A DNA stretch of 64,000 bases from Gemmatimonadales bacterium (GTDB lineage Bacteria > Gemmatimonadota > Gemmatimonadetes > Gemmatimonadales > GWC2-71-9): the NCBI GenBank assembly GCA_036558345.1, contig DATBFV010000041.1:2289-66288 (forward strand), given 5' to 3'. Positions 8,838 to 18,715 of this stretch are shown piece after piece; within the stretch, counting starts at the first letter, position 1, and each line of letters starts with the position of its first letter. The notes below the pieces were generated by a model that was given only the letters and a program-made list of their open reading frames with translations, was not told where the DNA came from and did not search any database. The position numbers and the translations under genes are program-made.

Positions 8838-11800
8838 CTAGAATCCTTCGGTCAAACTGAACCGCACCATCCAGTTCTTCTGCGGCCGGTCGAATGGATG
8901 GACGACGTCCATCTGTCCGATCGCGTAGCCGAACAAGTTCATCCGGAACGAGATGCCCGTGCTTCTCACAACCTGGCGCTGGCCCTTCCCGAAAATTGCG
9001 GCTCCGCTGTCCGACGTCCACGCGACGCCGGCGTCATAGAAAATTCCCGCTTCGATCGGCAGGATCCCGTAGTAGCTGCCGCCGCCCAGTAAGCCAAACG
9101 GCGGGAACCGCAGCTCGACGTTGGCCACCGCGATGCGGCTTCCCCAGAGCTGATCGAACACCGGGCACGAGTTGCCGCTGAGATTGCCGCATTCGCGTGG
9201 CGAGAAGCTGTTGTAGTCATAACCCCGGACAAGGCTCGGGTACCCGAGAAACATCGGATAGAGCCGCGGATCCTCGGGGTCTCGTCCATACCGTCCGACG
9301 TGCAGGAAGCGCGCGCCGATCGTGAACGGCTTGACTGGCATGACATACTTCCGAAAATCGACGAGGCCCGTGACGAACTGCAGATTCCCGAACGTCGGCG
9401 CCACTTCGAGCCGCCAGCGATCGCCGAGGATCGGGCTGGTTGCGCCGAAGAACGAGTTGTCCTGCACCAGTGCCAGGTGGCCGGTCTCGAGCGTCACACC
9501 GGGCGGCACGCAGTTGTTGATCACGGCGCCGCCACACGTCGGGTACTTGAACTTGTCGTCGTAGACGACCTGTCCCGTTGCCGGATTGAAGCCCGTCGTC
9601 CGGATCTCGTAATCGTAGGTGATCTGCTGAATGCCGGCCGACATCTCGATGCGCCGCGAGCGATTGAACGGGTAGGCGAGGATACCGCTGAACTCGCGGT
9701 TGGTCTGCTTGAACCGCTGGAGCTGCTCGACGTAATTGCCGGCGCTATCGTAACCCTGCAACACGCCGCCATAGATGTAGGGGATCTGCTGGGCTCCCAC
9801 CATCCAGTTGATGCGCGACTTGCGATTGCCATAGCCGACCAATGCGGCGAAGTCCGCGAGCCGTCCCTGCACCTGGAACATGGTTACGAGGTTATGATCG
9901 CCCAGCATGTCGCTCCAGTACAGCGTGACGCCGCCGCCGACGTACGTGCCGAACCGGTCGGCCGCGATCGCGAGGCTCGGCTGCGCGATGAAATCGAGCG
10001 ACAGCTTGGGATGGTACGCCTTGACGATGGCCGTCAACGACTGCGGCCCTTCCGGCGGCGGCAGGCCGGTATCCGGGTCCTTGATCAGCGTCGCGATTCC
10101 CGTCCCGATCTCCGCGCGGTCGAGCGGAGGCAGTTCGGCTGCTCCCTTGGGAAGCTCCACGATCGGTCCGCCGCGGAGTCCCTGCAGGTCGTCAATCGCC
10201 TGGATCGAGTAGCCGCCACCCGTATAGACCGAGAACACGGCGCGCGAAGCCTTCTGCGCCACGCTGAGTGCCGGGCTCAACGTCGTAATGCCGGCGACGC
10301 CGGTGAACACATTCGTGACCTGTGAAATGCTGCCGTCGGCGAGCCCCAGGCGGTAGACGTTGCTGATCCCGCCGGGATCGCCGATGAAATACAGATCCTG
10401 CCCTTCCGGACTCCATTGCGGGTTGATGTGCTTGGCACCAGTCAGGTGAGGCAGCTGACGGATCTGGCCGCTCCCGTGCGGATCGATGAGCGCGAGCTGA
10501 TAGTCGCCGTACGACAGAGTGTCCAGCGACGTCGTGAAGCGGTCAGTGACGAACGCGATCTGTGTGCCGTCGGGAGACCAGGCCGGCTCGAGGTCGGCGT
10601 ACGCGTCGTCGGTCAGGCGCGTCAGCTTCTTGCTGTTCAGGTCATACACAAAGAGGTCGGTCACACCTCCCACCTGCGCGCTGAAGGCGATCTGTTGCCC
10701 GTCGGGCGACCAGGTCGGATTGAAGATCTCACCCAGGGACTTGAACTTGATTTCCTTGATCAGGTCGCCGTTGGTGCCTTTGACGATGCGAAGCGCGGGA
10801 TGGCCCGTCACCACCGCGCCGAACACAAAGCGGCTCCCAGTCGCATCCCAGGCCCCCGCCGAGTTGATGAACTGCATGCTCTCGAGGTGTGGGTCGCGGG
10901 TCGCCGACACGAGCTTGCGGAGCGTCTGTCCATTTTCCGCGTCCGCGAGATACATGTCGATGGCGAAGAGACCCGCATCGGAGAAGTAAACCATCCGCGT
11001 CCCATCGGGGCTCAACGCGGGCGCGATGTTGTAGTGCTGCTGCCGTCCCGGACTCACGAGCGCGCGCGCCCCGGCCGTTGTGACGGGGTTCTGGCGTGCC
11101 TCGTTGCGTTCGGCGCGGTCCGTCGGCAGGGTCGTCCCGGTCGCCACGGCGACGGGCTGTGCCGCATCCACCAGCGCGCGGTGCCAGTCGGCAATCAGGC
11201 TGTCGGCGGGACGGTGCGTCAGCTGTTCGAGCGAGGCGATCACGTTGCCGGTACGGCCGGCCGCACGCAGCAGTGCGCCGACGATGTCGTCACCATAGGT
11301 CCCGCCCAGATACGCCCAGAAGGACTGCCCCCACCGATACGGGAACCAGCGTGGATCTTCGAGCTCCCGGAACCCCGGCATCCGGCCGGTCCGGACCGCG
11401 TCGCGCATCCACATCGTCGTATTGGGGTCCACGTTGCCGAGCGAGACGTACTCGGCCATGCCTTCGATGAACCACAGCGGCACGCGGTTTAGTCCCCCGG
11501 CCATCGAGCCGCGGCCAACGCCCGTGATATCGTACTGAAATGCGTGCGTGAGCTCGTGGCCGATGACGTGATCGGTCTCGTAGAGCGACGCGCCCATCGG
11601 CAGAATGATGCGACGCTTCAGGCTCTCGGTGACGCCGCCCGTGCCCTCCCCGGGCGCCTGGCCAAGGACGTTGGTTTGCTCAAAGTCGGGGTGATCGGCG
11701 TACAGGATGAGCGGCTGGCGGCCGTCGAGCTGGTGGCGCAGCACCTGGGAGATTCTGACGTACCAGCGTTCGGCCATGCGCGCGGCCTGGGCTGCGGCTG

Positions 11801-11966
11801 CCGCTTCGTTATCGTAGTAGTAGATGTCGAAATGCTGGGTCTTCAGGATCTTGAATTTGAAGGTCTCGTACTGGACGGCGTTCCGTCCGAAGTACTGAGC
11901 TTCTGCGCGGGAATTAAACAGCGTAAGCGCGCCCAGTAGCAGGGTGACGCGAATAATGTTCTTCAT
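8838..11966 (-). CDS. outer-membrane multidomain protein: MA-clan Zn-peptidase-like domain, PD40/TolB-like beta-propeller and Omp85-like C-terminal beta-barrel
   Basis: Signal peptide [24 protein letters not shown]. An HExxH motif ([10 protein letters not shown]). Repeated PD40-like blocks ([46 protein letters not shown]). The C-terminus (..[24 protein letters not shown]) resembles a bacterial surface antigen/BamA-type barrel ending in F. Confidence 0.85.
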   Translation of the reverse strand: MKNIIRVTLLLGALTLFNSRAEAQYFGRNAVQYETFKFKILKTQHFDIYYYDNEAAAAAQAARMAERWYVRISQVLRHQLDGRQPLILYADHPDFEQTNVLGQAPGEGTGGVTESLKRRIILPMGASLYETDHVIGHELTHAFQYDITGVGRGSMAGGLNRVPLWFIEGMAEYVSLGNVDPNTTMWMRDAVRTGRMPGFRELEDPRWFPYRWGQSFWAYLGGTYGDDIVGALLRAAGRTGNVIASLEQLTHRPADSLIADWHRALVDAAQPVAVATGTTLPTDRAERNEARQNPVTTAGARALVSPGRQQHYNIAPALSPDGTRMVYFSDAGLFAIDMYLADAENGQTLRKLVSATRDPHLESMQFINSAGAWDATGSRFVFGAVVTGHPALRIVKGTNGDLIKEIKFKSLGEIFNPTWSPDGQQIAFSAQVGGVTDLFVYDLNSKKLTRLTDDAYADLEPAWSPDGTQIAFVTDRFTTSLDTLSYGDYQLALIDPHGSGQIRQLPHLTGAKHINPQWSPEGQDLYFIGDPGGISNVYRLGLADGSISQVTNVFTGVAGITTLSPALSVAQKASRAVFSVYTGGGYSIQAIDDLQGLRGGPIVELPKGAAELPPLDRAEIGTGIATLIKDPDTGLPPPEGPQSLTAIVKAYHPKLSLDFIAQPSLAIAADRFGTYVGGGVTLYWSDMLGDHNLVTMFQVQGRLADFAALVGYGNRKSRINWMVGAQQIPYIYGGVLQGYDSAGNYVEQLQRFKQTNREFSGILAYPFNRSRRIEMSAGIQQITYDYEIRTTGFNPATGQVVYDDKFKYPTCGGAVINNCVPPGVTLETGHLALVQDNSFFGATSPILGDRWRLEVAPTFGNLQFVTGLVDFRKYVMPVKPFTIGARFLHVGRYGRDPEDPRLYPMFLGYPSLVRGYDYNSFSPRECGNLSGNSCPVFDQLWGSRIAVANVELRFPPFGLLGGGSYYGILPIEAGIFYDAGVAWTSDSGAAIFGKGQRQVVRSTGISFRMNLFGYAIGQMDVVHPFDRPQKNWMVRFSLTEGF

Positions 11967-12351
11967 GTCCTAGGATTACCCCCGTACGGCTTGTTCGGCA
12001 CCTGAAGCGATCTGAGTCCAGTAGGAACGTACAACATCTTGGAAGAGTTCACATCACCGTCGCCATGGCACCACTGAGCGTGCTCGCTCTTTCTTCATAT
12101 CAGCTTAACGCCCAGACCCTGCATGGACGGAAAACGGTGAACAGCATCCGGGGGCTGGTTGGCGTTCGCCGCAGTGCTGTTCACGTCACAATTCGCGTGG
12201 TCACAGGACCTGCTGCTCACGGAGGCGCCCGGGTAACGTTTACACAGACGGTGTTCAGGAGGGGCGTGTTAACAGAGCCCTGACGCCGTGAACCCCACGA
12301 CCTGTGCGAGGCCGTTGCAGGCGATGATCTCGGAGTGAATGTTAGGCGCGA

Positions 12352-13491
12352 ATGAGCGCCCCGCCTGCCCTGACCTCCCGCGTTCAATCGATCGACCTGA
12401 TTCGCGGCGCCGTCATGGTGCTGATGGCAATCGACCACGTTCGCGTCTATGCCGGCGTGCCCGCGGGCGGCCCGTGGCCGGGCGTGTTCTTTACGCGGTG
12501 GGTGACCCACTTCGTGGCGCCCGCCTTCATTTTCCTGGCAGGGACGAGTGCGTTCTTCTACGGTCGCAAGCATACCGATCTGTCGCGCTTCCTGCTCGTC
12601 CGCGGCATCTGGCTCGTGCTGCTCGAGCTCACGGTGCTGCGTGTGTGCTGGACGTTCAACTTCGACTTCCGTCACTACATGCTGGCGGGCGTCATCTGGG
12701 TGATCGGCTGGTGCATGATCCTGATGGCGGCGTTCGTCCGGCTGCAGCCAAAAACGGTCGGAATCATCGGCGCCGCGATCATCGCGCTGCACAACGCGGT
12801 AATGCCCTGGGTCGTGAATCATGTCCCGCTCGGCCCGTTCTCGAACATCCTGTACGGCATCGGTCCCGTGGGGAGCTCACCGCTCCTGGTGCTCTATTCG
12901 ATCATCCCGTGGATCGGCGTGATGGCCGCGGGCTACTGGTTTGGCACCGTGCTCGCCATGGAGCCGGCACGTCGTAACCGCATCTGCCTGCGACTCGGCC
13001 TCGGCGCCACCGCGCTGTTTTTGTTCTTGCGCGCGACCAACATCTACGGCGATCCGCGGTCCTGGGCGTCGATGCAGATGCCACGACTGCTGGCATTCCT
13101 CAACACGACCAAGTACCCGGCTTCGCTTTCCTTCTTGTTGATGACACTGGGGCCCACGATCGCGTTGATCCCGCTGCTCGATCGGGCGCACGGCCGCGTG
13201 GCGCAGTGGCTCACGGTGTTCGGACGCGTGCCGTTCTTCTACTATCTGCTTCACATCCCCCTCATCCACGCCCTCGCTCTGGTCGTGTCGCTGATTCGTA
13301 CCGGCAGCGTCGATCCCTGGCTATTCACGAACCATCCGATGGCGCCCGGCAACGTGCCGGACGGCTACATGTGGAGCCTGGGACTGCTCTATCTCGTGTG
13401 GGCGATTGCGGTCGTGCTGCTCTACATCCCCAGCCGGTGGTACGCCGAGCTCAAGGCTCGGCGCACCGACTGGTGGCTGAAATACCTCTAA
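12352..13491 (+). CDS. DUF1624 / acyltransferase-like integral membrane protein (heparan-alpha-glucosaminide N-acetyltransferase-like)
   Basis: SIDLIRGAVMVLMAIDHVRVY near the N-terminus and about 9-10 hydrophobic segments. Confidence 0.8.
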   Translation: MSAPPALTSRVQSIDLIRGAVMVLMAIDHVRVYAGVPAGGPWPGVFFTRWVTHFVAPAFIFLAGTSAFFYGRKHTDLSRFLLVRGIWLVLLELTVLRVCWTFNFDFRHYMLAGVIWVIGWCMILMAAFVRLQPKTVGIIGAAIIALHNAVMPWVVNHVPLGPFSNILYGIGPVGSSPLLVLYSIIPWIGVMAAGYWFGTVLAMEPARRNRICLRLGLGATALFLFLRATNIYGDPRSWASMQMPRLLAFLNTTKYPASLSFLLMTLGPTIALIPLLDRAHGRVAQWLTVFGRVPFFYYLLHIPLIHALALVVSLIRTGSVDPWLFTNHPMAPGNVPDGYMWSLGLLYLVWAIAVVLLYIPSRWYAELKARRTDWWLKYL

Positions 13492-13500
13492 ACACTCAAC

Positions 13501-15198
13501 TCATTGCACGCAGGGCGCGTGCGGATCGGTGGGCTTCGGCACGTCTCGTTTGGGACGTTCCGGCGCATTCGCTACCGCGAGCGCGCCGTCGTGGACCATC
13601 TGCGCAACGCGGGCGAGGTCCCCATAGCTGATGTACTGTGCTTCGTCGGTTACCTGGTGATAATCGAGATGCTCGCCGCGCGAGAACGCCACTGACGGGA
13701 TGCCGTAGCGCGCGTAGCTGTAGTGATCGGCGCGGCAATAGTACTGCAGCGGGTGGCCGGGAGCGTCGTAGGTGTAGTCGAACACGAACGGGACGGGCTG
13801 CTTCGCATTGGCGCTCTCGAGCATCTCTCCAAATTCCCGCGAGATTCGTTTCGCGCCGATGACCTCGAGATAGGTGGGGCCGCCGGCGCCCGTGCCGCCG
13901 CGCGGGAAATCGGACGCCGTGCCGCGCCCGACCATGTCTTCATCGATCTCCCCGACGATGGAGTCGATGGGCACCGTCGCATGATCGGAGTACCAGCGCG
14001 ACCCGAGCAGTCCGGCTTCTTCCCCGGTGTGACTCACGAACAGAATCGAGCGGCGTGGCCGCTCGGCCCCCTGCGCGCGCGCGAAGGATTCTGCGATCTC
14101 CAAAATGGCGACCGTGCCGGAGCCGTCGTCATCGGCGCCGTTGCGGATCGAATCGAGCCGGGGCGGCCGGATGGCCCGCAAACTGTCGAGGATCGTGTGG
14201 ATCTTGCCCCACTCGGCGTCGGTGGGCTCCCGGTTCGGAGAGTCAGCGCCCATGGGCCGCACGACGCGGTTGAACGCGCGGAGCGAGTCGTGATCAACGG
14301 GGTGGTGATCGAAGCCGACGTGGTCGTGATGCGCGGTCAGCGAGACGTATTCGCCTCGCAGCGTGGAGTCACTCCCGCGGAGAATGCCGACGACGTTGCG
14401 CGCGGGGTAGGCAACCGGTTTTCGCGTGAAGTCATACCGTCCGCTGACGGTGGTTCCCGTAACAGTGCCGGGTGCGATGGTGCTCGGCTCCTTGCCAAGC
14501 ACGGCAGTTCCGGCTCGGCGCGTGAGCCACACGAGCGCGATCGCTCGCGGATTGCGCGAGGTGTCCGACACCGGCCGGCCCTCCACTATCCGCGCGATCT
14601 GCTCGCTCCCCAGCTGGTCCAGCGCGATGACGCCGACCGTCAGCGCATCGCGGTAGCGGCCCAGGAATCCGCCGAGCGAGCGGCGATCGAACCCTTGCGG
14701 TACATCGAGCACGACGAACTTGCCGGCGACATCACCCGGCGCAGGCGCCATGAGGTGTGCGCTATCCCCCACCGATCCGGCGTAGATCACCGGCGTCTGG
14801 TCGAGCACGCGGGGCGGGACAGCAAAACTGACTGGTAAGAAGTCGGTTCTGAGTTGGAGCGGACCGCCGAACGAGACGAGCCGCGATGTGGAGTCAACTT
14901 TCACATCCCAGAACGGGACGGTCTGAAAGTACGTCCCGCTGTCGCCTGCGGGCTCGAGCCCGAGCCGCCGAAACTCGCTCGCGACGTACGCCGAAGCTTT
15001 GAAGGCGCCCAGGCTGCCGGTCTCGCGACCCATCATGGAATCGTCGGCGATCAGATAGAGGCGCTGTCGCAGATCGGCCGCTGTGATCGCCGGCTCGCTT
15101 TCCCAGACTGGCACGCTCGGGCCCGACGACTGTGACTGAGTCGGCTGGCACGCAGACAGCAACACGACGGCGATCGGAACAGACAGCGTTCGATGCAT
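13501..15198 (-). CDS. M28-family aminopeptidase (lipoprotein)
   Basis: Trimmed to MHRTLSVPIAVVLLSAC (lipobox, ATG at 15198). M28 metal-ligand blocks are HHDHVGF, DDDGSGTVAILE and HTGEEAGLLGS. The 67-aa track extension would overlap the upstream gene. Confidence 0.9.
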   Translation of the reverse strand: MHRTLSVPIAVVLLSACQPTQSQSSGPSVPVWESEPAITAADLRQRLYLIADDSMMGRETGSLGAFKASAYVASEFRRLGLEPAGDSGTYFQTVPFWDVKVDSTSRLVSFGGPLQLRTDFLPVSFAVPPRVLDQTPVIYAGSVGDSAHLMAPAPGDVAGKFVVLDVPQGFDRRSLGGFLGRYRDALTVGVIALDQLGSEQIARIVEGRPVSDTSRNPRAIALVWLTRRAGTAVLGKEPSTIAPGTVTGTTVSGRYDFTRKPVAYPARNVVGILRGSDSTLRGEYVSLTAHHDHVGFDHHPVDHDSLRAFNRVVRPMGADSPNREPTDAEWGKIHTILDSLRAIRPPRLDSIRNGADDDGSGTVAILEIAESFARAQGAERPRRSILFVSHTGEEAGLLGSRWYSDHATVPIDSIVGEIDEDMVGRGTASDFPRGGTGAGGPTYLEVIGAKRISREFGEMLESANAKQPVPFVFDYTYDAPGHPLQYYCRADHYSYARYGIPSVAFSRGEHLDYHQVTDEAQYISYGDLARVAQMVHDGALAVANAPERPKRDVPKPTDPHAPCVQ

Positions 15199-15215
15199 GT
15201 GAACTCTCCACGTGA

Positions 15216-17459
15216 TTAGAATGCGCCACCTCCACCGCCGCCCCCGCCGCCACCCGAACTGCCGCCGCCCCCAAACCCCGAGCCGCTCGAGCTGCGAGGC
15301 GAGGAAGCCATGGTAGTGGCGGCAACGGTCGAGAGATGTGACATGCTGCTCGAAAAATGTCCGACGTTGAAGCTCGTGACGCTCGGTCCGACGTACCACC
15401 GCGGCGCCTCGGTGTAGATCCCCTCGAATGCGCGGGCGAACTGTTGCTCGACGCCGAAGGCCATTGCGTACGGCAGGTACTTATCGAACAGCTCCGGGTG
15501 GCCGATGATCACGCGCTTCAAGTGCTCGGATTCCACGCGCCGGAGGAATTCCTCGAACCCCAACACCTGCTCCAACGCGCGCGCCCCGGAATCGGTGCGT
15601 GCGGGCATGATCCGCGCGAAGACGATCAGGATGAGCGCTGAGAGAATGCCGGCGATGACAAACGGCACCGGCGTGAGCAGTGTGAGCTTCGATAGATAGG
15701 TCCCGCCGATTCCGACGACCATGCCGACTGCGACGGCGGCGCCCATCCAGTTGTTCTTGACCTTGTCCGGCCGATTCCTGTAGTAGCCGCTCGCGGTCAG
15801 GCCATCGTAGATCGCGTCCCTGATGGGAGGCAGCTCCTTGTAGAACTCGTTCTTCAGATCCGACAGCTCCACGTTGTCCCCACGGCCGTCGAAAACGCCG
15901 TCAAACACACGGGTTTCATGGGGCGCGAGGGCGTCGCCCTGGATCAGGCGGTGCAGCGTGTATTCCGTCCCACCGCCAAACAACCCAAACAACTTCGGAT
16001 TCTGGTGCTCTTCGATCCGGAGCTTGCCTCGCACGGCCAGGTCCACGAGTGTGGCCGTGATGTCGCGCATGTCGGCGGAATTGTCGAGCAGCGTGCCCGC
16101 TTCAGCGGGCGTCATGCCTTTGGGTGACTCGTACTGGACGGTGATCGGCCGACCGCGCGGATCCCGGCCGGTCCGCGACCAGCGCAGGAACACGAGCAGA
16201 AACACCGCAATGGGAATGAACAGCGGCCAGTTGCTGCGGAGCGCCGCAAATACCTTCGCGCCCGCGCTCGGCGCCGTGACTACGCCCTTGTTCCAGCCCA
16301 CCACCGCAGTCAGTCCTTCGTGATAGCCCAGTCCCTGCGGCATGGCGATGTGGATCACGTCGCCATCGATCGTGACACGCGCGTCGCGCGCCGTGGAGCC
16401 GTACACGCCGTTGAACGCGATCGCGCGCACGCCCGGCGTGTTGGCCGGCAAATCGATCTCGGCGCTGGCAGCGTGAATCGGGACGTCCCACTCGTCGCCG
16501 GTCACGTTCCAGTACAGCTCGTCGTGCTCCTCGAAGAAACGGAGTCCGTTCGTCGCGCGATAGTGCAGCACGATCGCGCGGGTCGCATTCGATGCACCCG
16601 GAATCCAGATCTTGTACTTGATGTAATGGCCCTGCCGGCTCGACTCGGTGCGCAGGGCACGGCCTGCATCGTCCTTTGCGCCCTGGAGCGCGACGCCGAG
16701 GGTCCAGTTCAGTCCGGTGCTCGTGCGGTACTCGATGGGAATGGTGCGATAGAGCCCGTTGTACGAGCCCACAAAACTCGCCGTGATCGTCTCGGTGACG
16801 TCGATGCTCGCGTCACGGTTCACCTGGATCCGGGCGTCGAAGCGGTCGATCGTGTACGAGCGTTGTTGCGCGCGGGCGGACGCCGTCCCGAGGATCAGGA
16901 ACAGGATAACGAGTGGGACCTTGGGGACGGCGCGCTCGGACGGGTCGTCCAGGCCGAAGAACTCGCGGGACTTGAGTCCCATCATCCCCGCGACGATCCC
17001 GGCGGGAAACTGCGCGATCGCGGTATTGAAATCGCGCACGACCGCGTTGTAATAGCGACGCGCGTTCTGAAGATGGTCTTCGACGTCGGTCAACGTCGTC
17101 TGGAGTGAGGCGTAGCTCGCAGCCGCCTTGAGCTCGGGGTAGTTCTCGGCGACCACGAGCATGCGCTGTAACGCATTGGTGAGCGGGTCTTCTTCGCGCG
17201 CCCGAACGGCCGGCCCGGCCTGCGACGCCTGCAGCGCGCGCCCGCGCGCCGCGACGACGGCCTCCAGCGTGCTGCGCTCATATCCCGCATGGCCCTGCAC
17301 GACGGCGACGACGTTGGGAATGAGATCGTGCCGCCGCTTCAGCTGCACGTCGATGTCGGACCATGCGTTGTCGCTGAGCCGCCGCAAGTAGATGAGGCGA
17401 TTGAATGTGTAGACGACCCAACCGATGACGAGCAGCCCGATGATCAGCGCGACTGTCAT
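15216..17459 (-). CDS. LemA-domain / DUF2207-domain fusion membrane protein with poly-Gly C-terminal tail
   Basis: Residues 1 to about 185 form a LemA unit: N-terminal TM, then YNRL-like FNRLIYL, DVQLKRRHDLIPN, AENYPELKA, RRYYNAVVRDFN. A hydrophobic signal-like segment (VILFLILGTASARAQQ) follows. Next comes a DUF2207-like ectodomain (YTIDRFDARIQVNRDASIDVTETI..YRTIP), several TM segments, and the tail SSGSGFGGGGSSGGGGGGGGGGAF. Confidence 0.85.
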   Translation of the reverse strand: MTVALIIGLLVIGWVVYTFNRLIYLRRLSDNAWSDIDVQLKRRHDLIPNVVAVVQGHAGYERSTLEAVVAARGRALQASQAGPAVRAREEDPLTNALQRMLVVAENYPELKAAASYASLQTTLTDVEDHLQNARRYYNAVVRDFNTAIAQFPAGIVAGMMGLKSREFFGLDDPSERAVPKVPLVILFLILGTASARAQQRSYTIDRFDARIQVNRDASIDVTETITASFVGSYNGLYRTIPIEYRTSTGLNWTLGVALQGAKDDAGRALRTESSRQGHYIKYKIWIPGASNATRAIVLHYRATNGLRFFEEHDELYWNVTGDEWDVPIHAASAEIDLPANTPGVRAIAFNGVYGSTARDARVTIDGDVIHIAMPQGLGYHEGLTAVVGWNKGVVTAPSAGAKVFAALRSNWPLFIPIAVFLLVFLRWSRTGRDPRGRPITVQYESPKGMTPAEAGTLLDNSADMRDITATLVDLAVRGKLRIEEHQNPKLFGLFGGGTEYTLHRLIQGDALAPHETRVFDGVFDGRGDNVELSDLKNEFYKELPPIRDAIYDGLTASGYYRNRPDKVKNNWMGAAVAVGMVVGIGGTYLSKLTLLTPVPFVIAGILSALILIVFARIMPARTDSGARALEQVLGFEEFLRRVESEHLKRVIIGHPELFDKYLPYAMAFGVEQQFARAFEGIYTEAPRWYVGPSVTSFNVGHFSSSMSHLSTVAATTMASSPRSSSGSGFGGGGSSGGGGGGGGGGAF

Positions 17460-17465
17460 GGGTCC

Positions 17466-18194
17466 CTACGCTAGCTCGGCAAATGAGCGAATGCGAGGAT
17501 GGCCTGACGTGGGGGAGTCGTCAGAGTCGCGCACACACAGCGCCGTCCGCATTCCTGCGATCCGCGCGGCATCGAGCTCTGCCGCCACGTCCGACACGAA
17601 GAGCACTTGTGCGGGCGGGACGTCCAGCGCTGCCGCAATCGTCTGATAGCTCAGCGCCTCGCGCTTCGGACCCGTGGTGGTGTCAAAATAGCCGGAGAGG
17701 AGATGTGAGAGATCACCCGCAGTCGTATTGGCGAAGAGGTTGCGCTGCGCCTGTACGCTGCCGGACGAAAAGATCGCGATCCTGATTCCGGCGGTGTGCC
17801 ATCGCTCGAGGGCGGGACGAACATCGGGATAGACTTCGCCTTTTCCTTGGAGCTCTCCAGTGCGATAACCGGCTTCCCAGATGCGCCCTTGCAGCGCCTT
17901 GAGCCCGGTGGATTTCCGATCGCGATCCATCAAGAAATAGACGTACGCTTCCGGCTCCCAGGGCGGCAGGTCGGGGGACGGCGGCTCGGCCGCGTACTCG
18001 GCGCGCAGCAGCGCGACATCAGCGGCCACCGCGGGGTCATCACGGTGTTCGTACAAGAAATCGTGGGTACGCGCGCGCGCGTACGGGAACAGCACCTGCT
18101 GGACGAATGCGAGGGGCGTCGTGGTGCCCTCGATGTCCAACAGGACCGCGCGGACGTGCTTCAGCGCAATGGGATGTAGCTCGGGCCCCAGCAC
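17466..18194 (-). CDS. mtnC: enolase-phosphatase E1 (acireductone synthase), methionine salvage
   Basis: HAD motif [11 protein letters not shown], and FVSDV..ELDAA near the C-terminus. The only usable start is the GTG at 18194, which gives a 34-nt overlap with mtnD. Confidence 0.8.
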   Translation of the reverse strand: MLGPELHPIALKHVRAVLLDIEGTTTPLAFVQQVLFPYARARTHDFLYEHRDDPAVAADVALLRAEYAAEPPSPDLPPWEPEAYVYFLMDRDRKSTGLKALQGRIWEAGYRTGELQGKGEVYPDVRPALERWHTAGIRIAIFSSGSVQAQRNLFANTTAGDLSHLLSGYFDTTTGPKREALSYQTIAAALDVPPAQVLFVSDVAAELDAARIAGMRTALCVRDSDDSPTSGHPRIRSFAELA

Positions 18195-18715
18195 ACGGGC
18201 TGGAAGCCCTTATCGGTTCCGCTGTTGGTGTAATGCGGCGTCCAACCCGCCTTGTCCTGGAAGAGGCGGATCGCGCGAATGTCGCGGTCGCCGCAGAGAT
18301 CGAACCAGTGCCAGGTCCCGCGCGGCACGCGGATGAGGTCGCCCGCTTCGACTTCGATGGCGATGACCGGGCCTTCTCGCGGATGGATGTGGAACAGCCC
18401 GCGGCCGCGGATGATGAACCGCACTTCATCCTCGTCGTGCCAATGCTCGGTGCTGAACTTGGCCAGCATCGTTTCGAGATTCGGCGTCGCCGCGGTGACG
18501 TCGATGACATCGGCGGTGACGTAGCCGCCGCGCGCTTTGAGCTTCTCGATCTCCGGCGCGTACGCCGCGAGAACGGCCTCGGCGGGAGCATTGGCCGCGG
18601 CGCGCTGCGACAACGGCCAGCGCTCGTAGTCGATGCCCAGATTTGCAAGGTATTCCGTCACTTCGGCTTGATCGGTCAGCGTCCGCTGCTCGGCAGGAAT
18701 TTTCACGGTTGCCAT
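18161..18715 (-). CDS. mtnD: acireductone dioxygenase (ARD cupin)
   Basis: Trimmed to [13 protein letters not shown] (ATG at 18715). Cupin/ARD blocks are [21 protein letters not shown] and [16 protein letters not shown]. Confidence 0.85.
   Translation of the reverse strand: MATVKIPAEQRTLTDQAEVTEYLANLGIDYERWPLSQRAAANAPAEAVLAAYAPEIEKLKARGGYVTADVIDVTAATPNLETMLAKFSTEHWHDEDEVRFIIRGRGLFHIHPREGPVIAIEVEAGDLIRVPRGTWHWFDLCGDRDIRAIRLFQDKAGWTPHYTNSGTDKGFQPVCWGPSYIPLR

Noticed and set aside
12159-12236. A 25-codon mini-ORF (TTG start) in the 385-nt intergenic region. It encodes MAFAAVLFTSQFAWSQDLLLTEAPG, which resembles an orphan signal peptide and could be a gene remnant.
   Set aside because: It is too short. 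No RBS is evident, and no continuation in any frame resembles a mature protein. It cannot be told apart from chance without comparative data.
12065-12283. A 72-aa ORF in the intergenic region between the OM peptidase and the DUF1624 gene.
   Set aside because: Third-position composition is mixed, there are no motifs, and the region has lower GC like a promoter region. It is probably non-coding.
15216-15290. GGN-rich low-complexity DNA tracts (15216-15290 and 37438-37542), considered as possible simple-sequence or contingency repeats.
   Set aside because: They are imperfect codon-level poly-Gly tails with mixed GGC/GGT/GGA/GGG codons and interspersed Ser/Phe. They are not homopolymeric or perfect tandem repeats, so slippage-based phase variation is unlikely.
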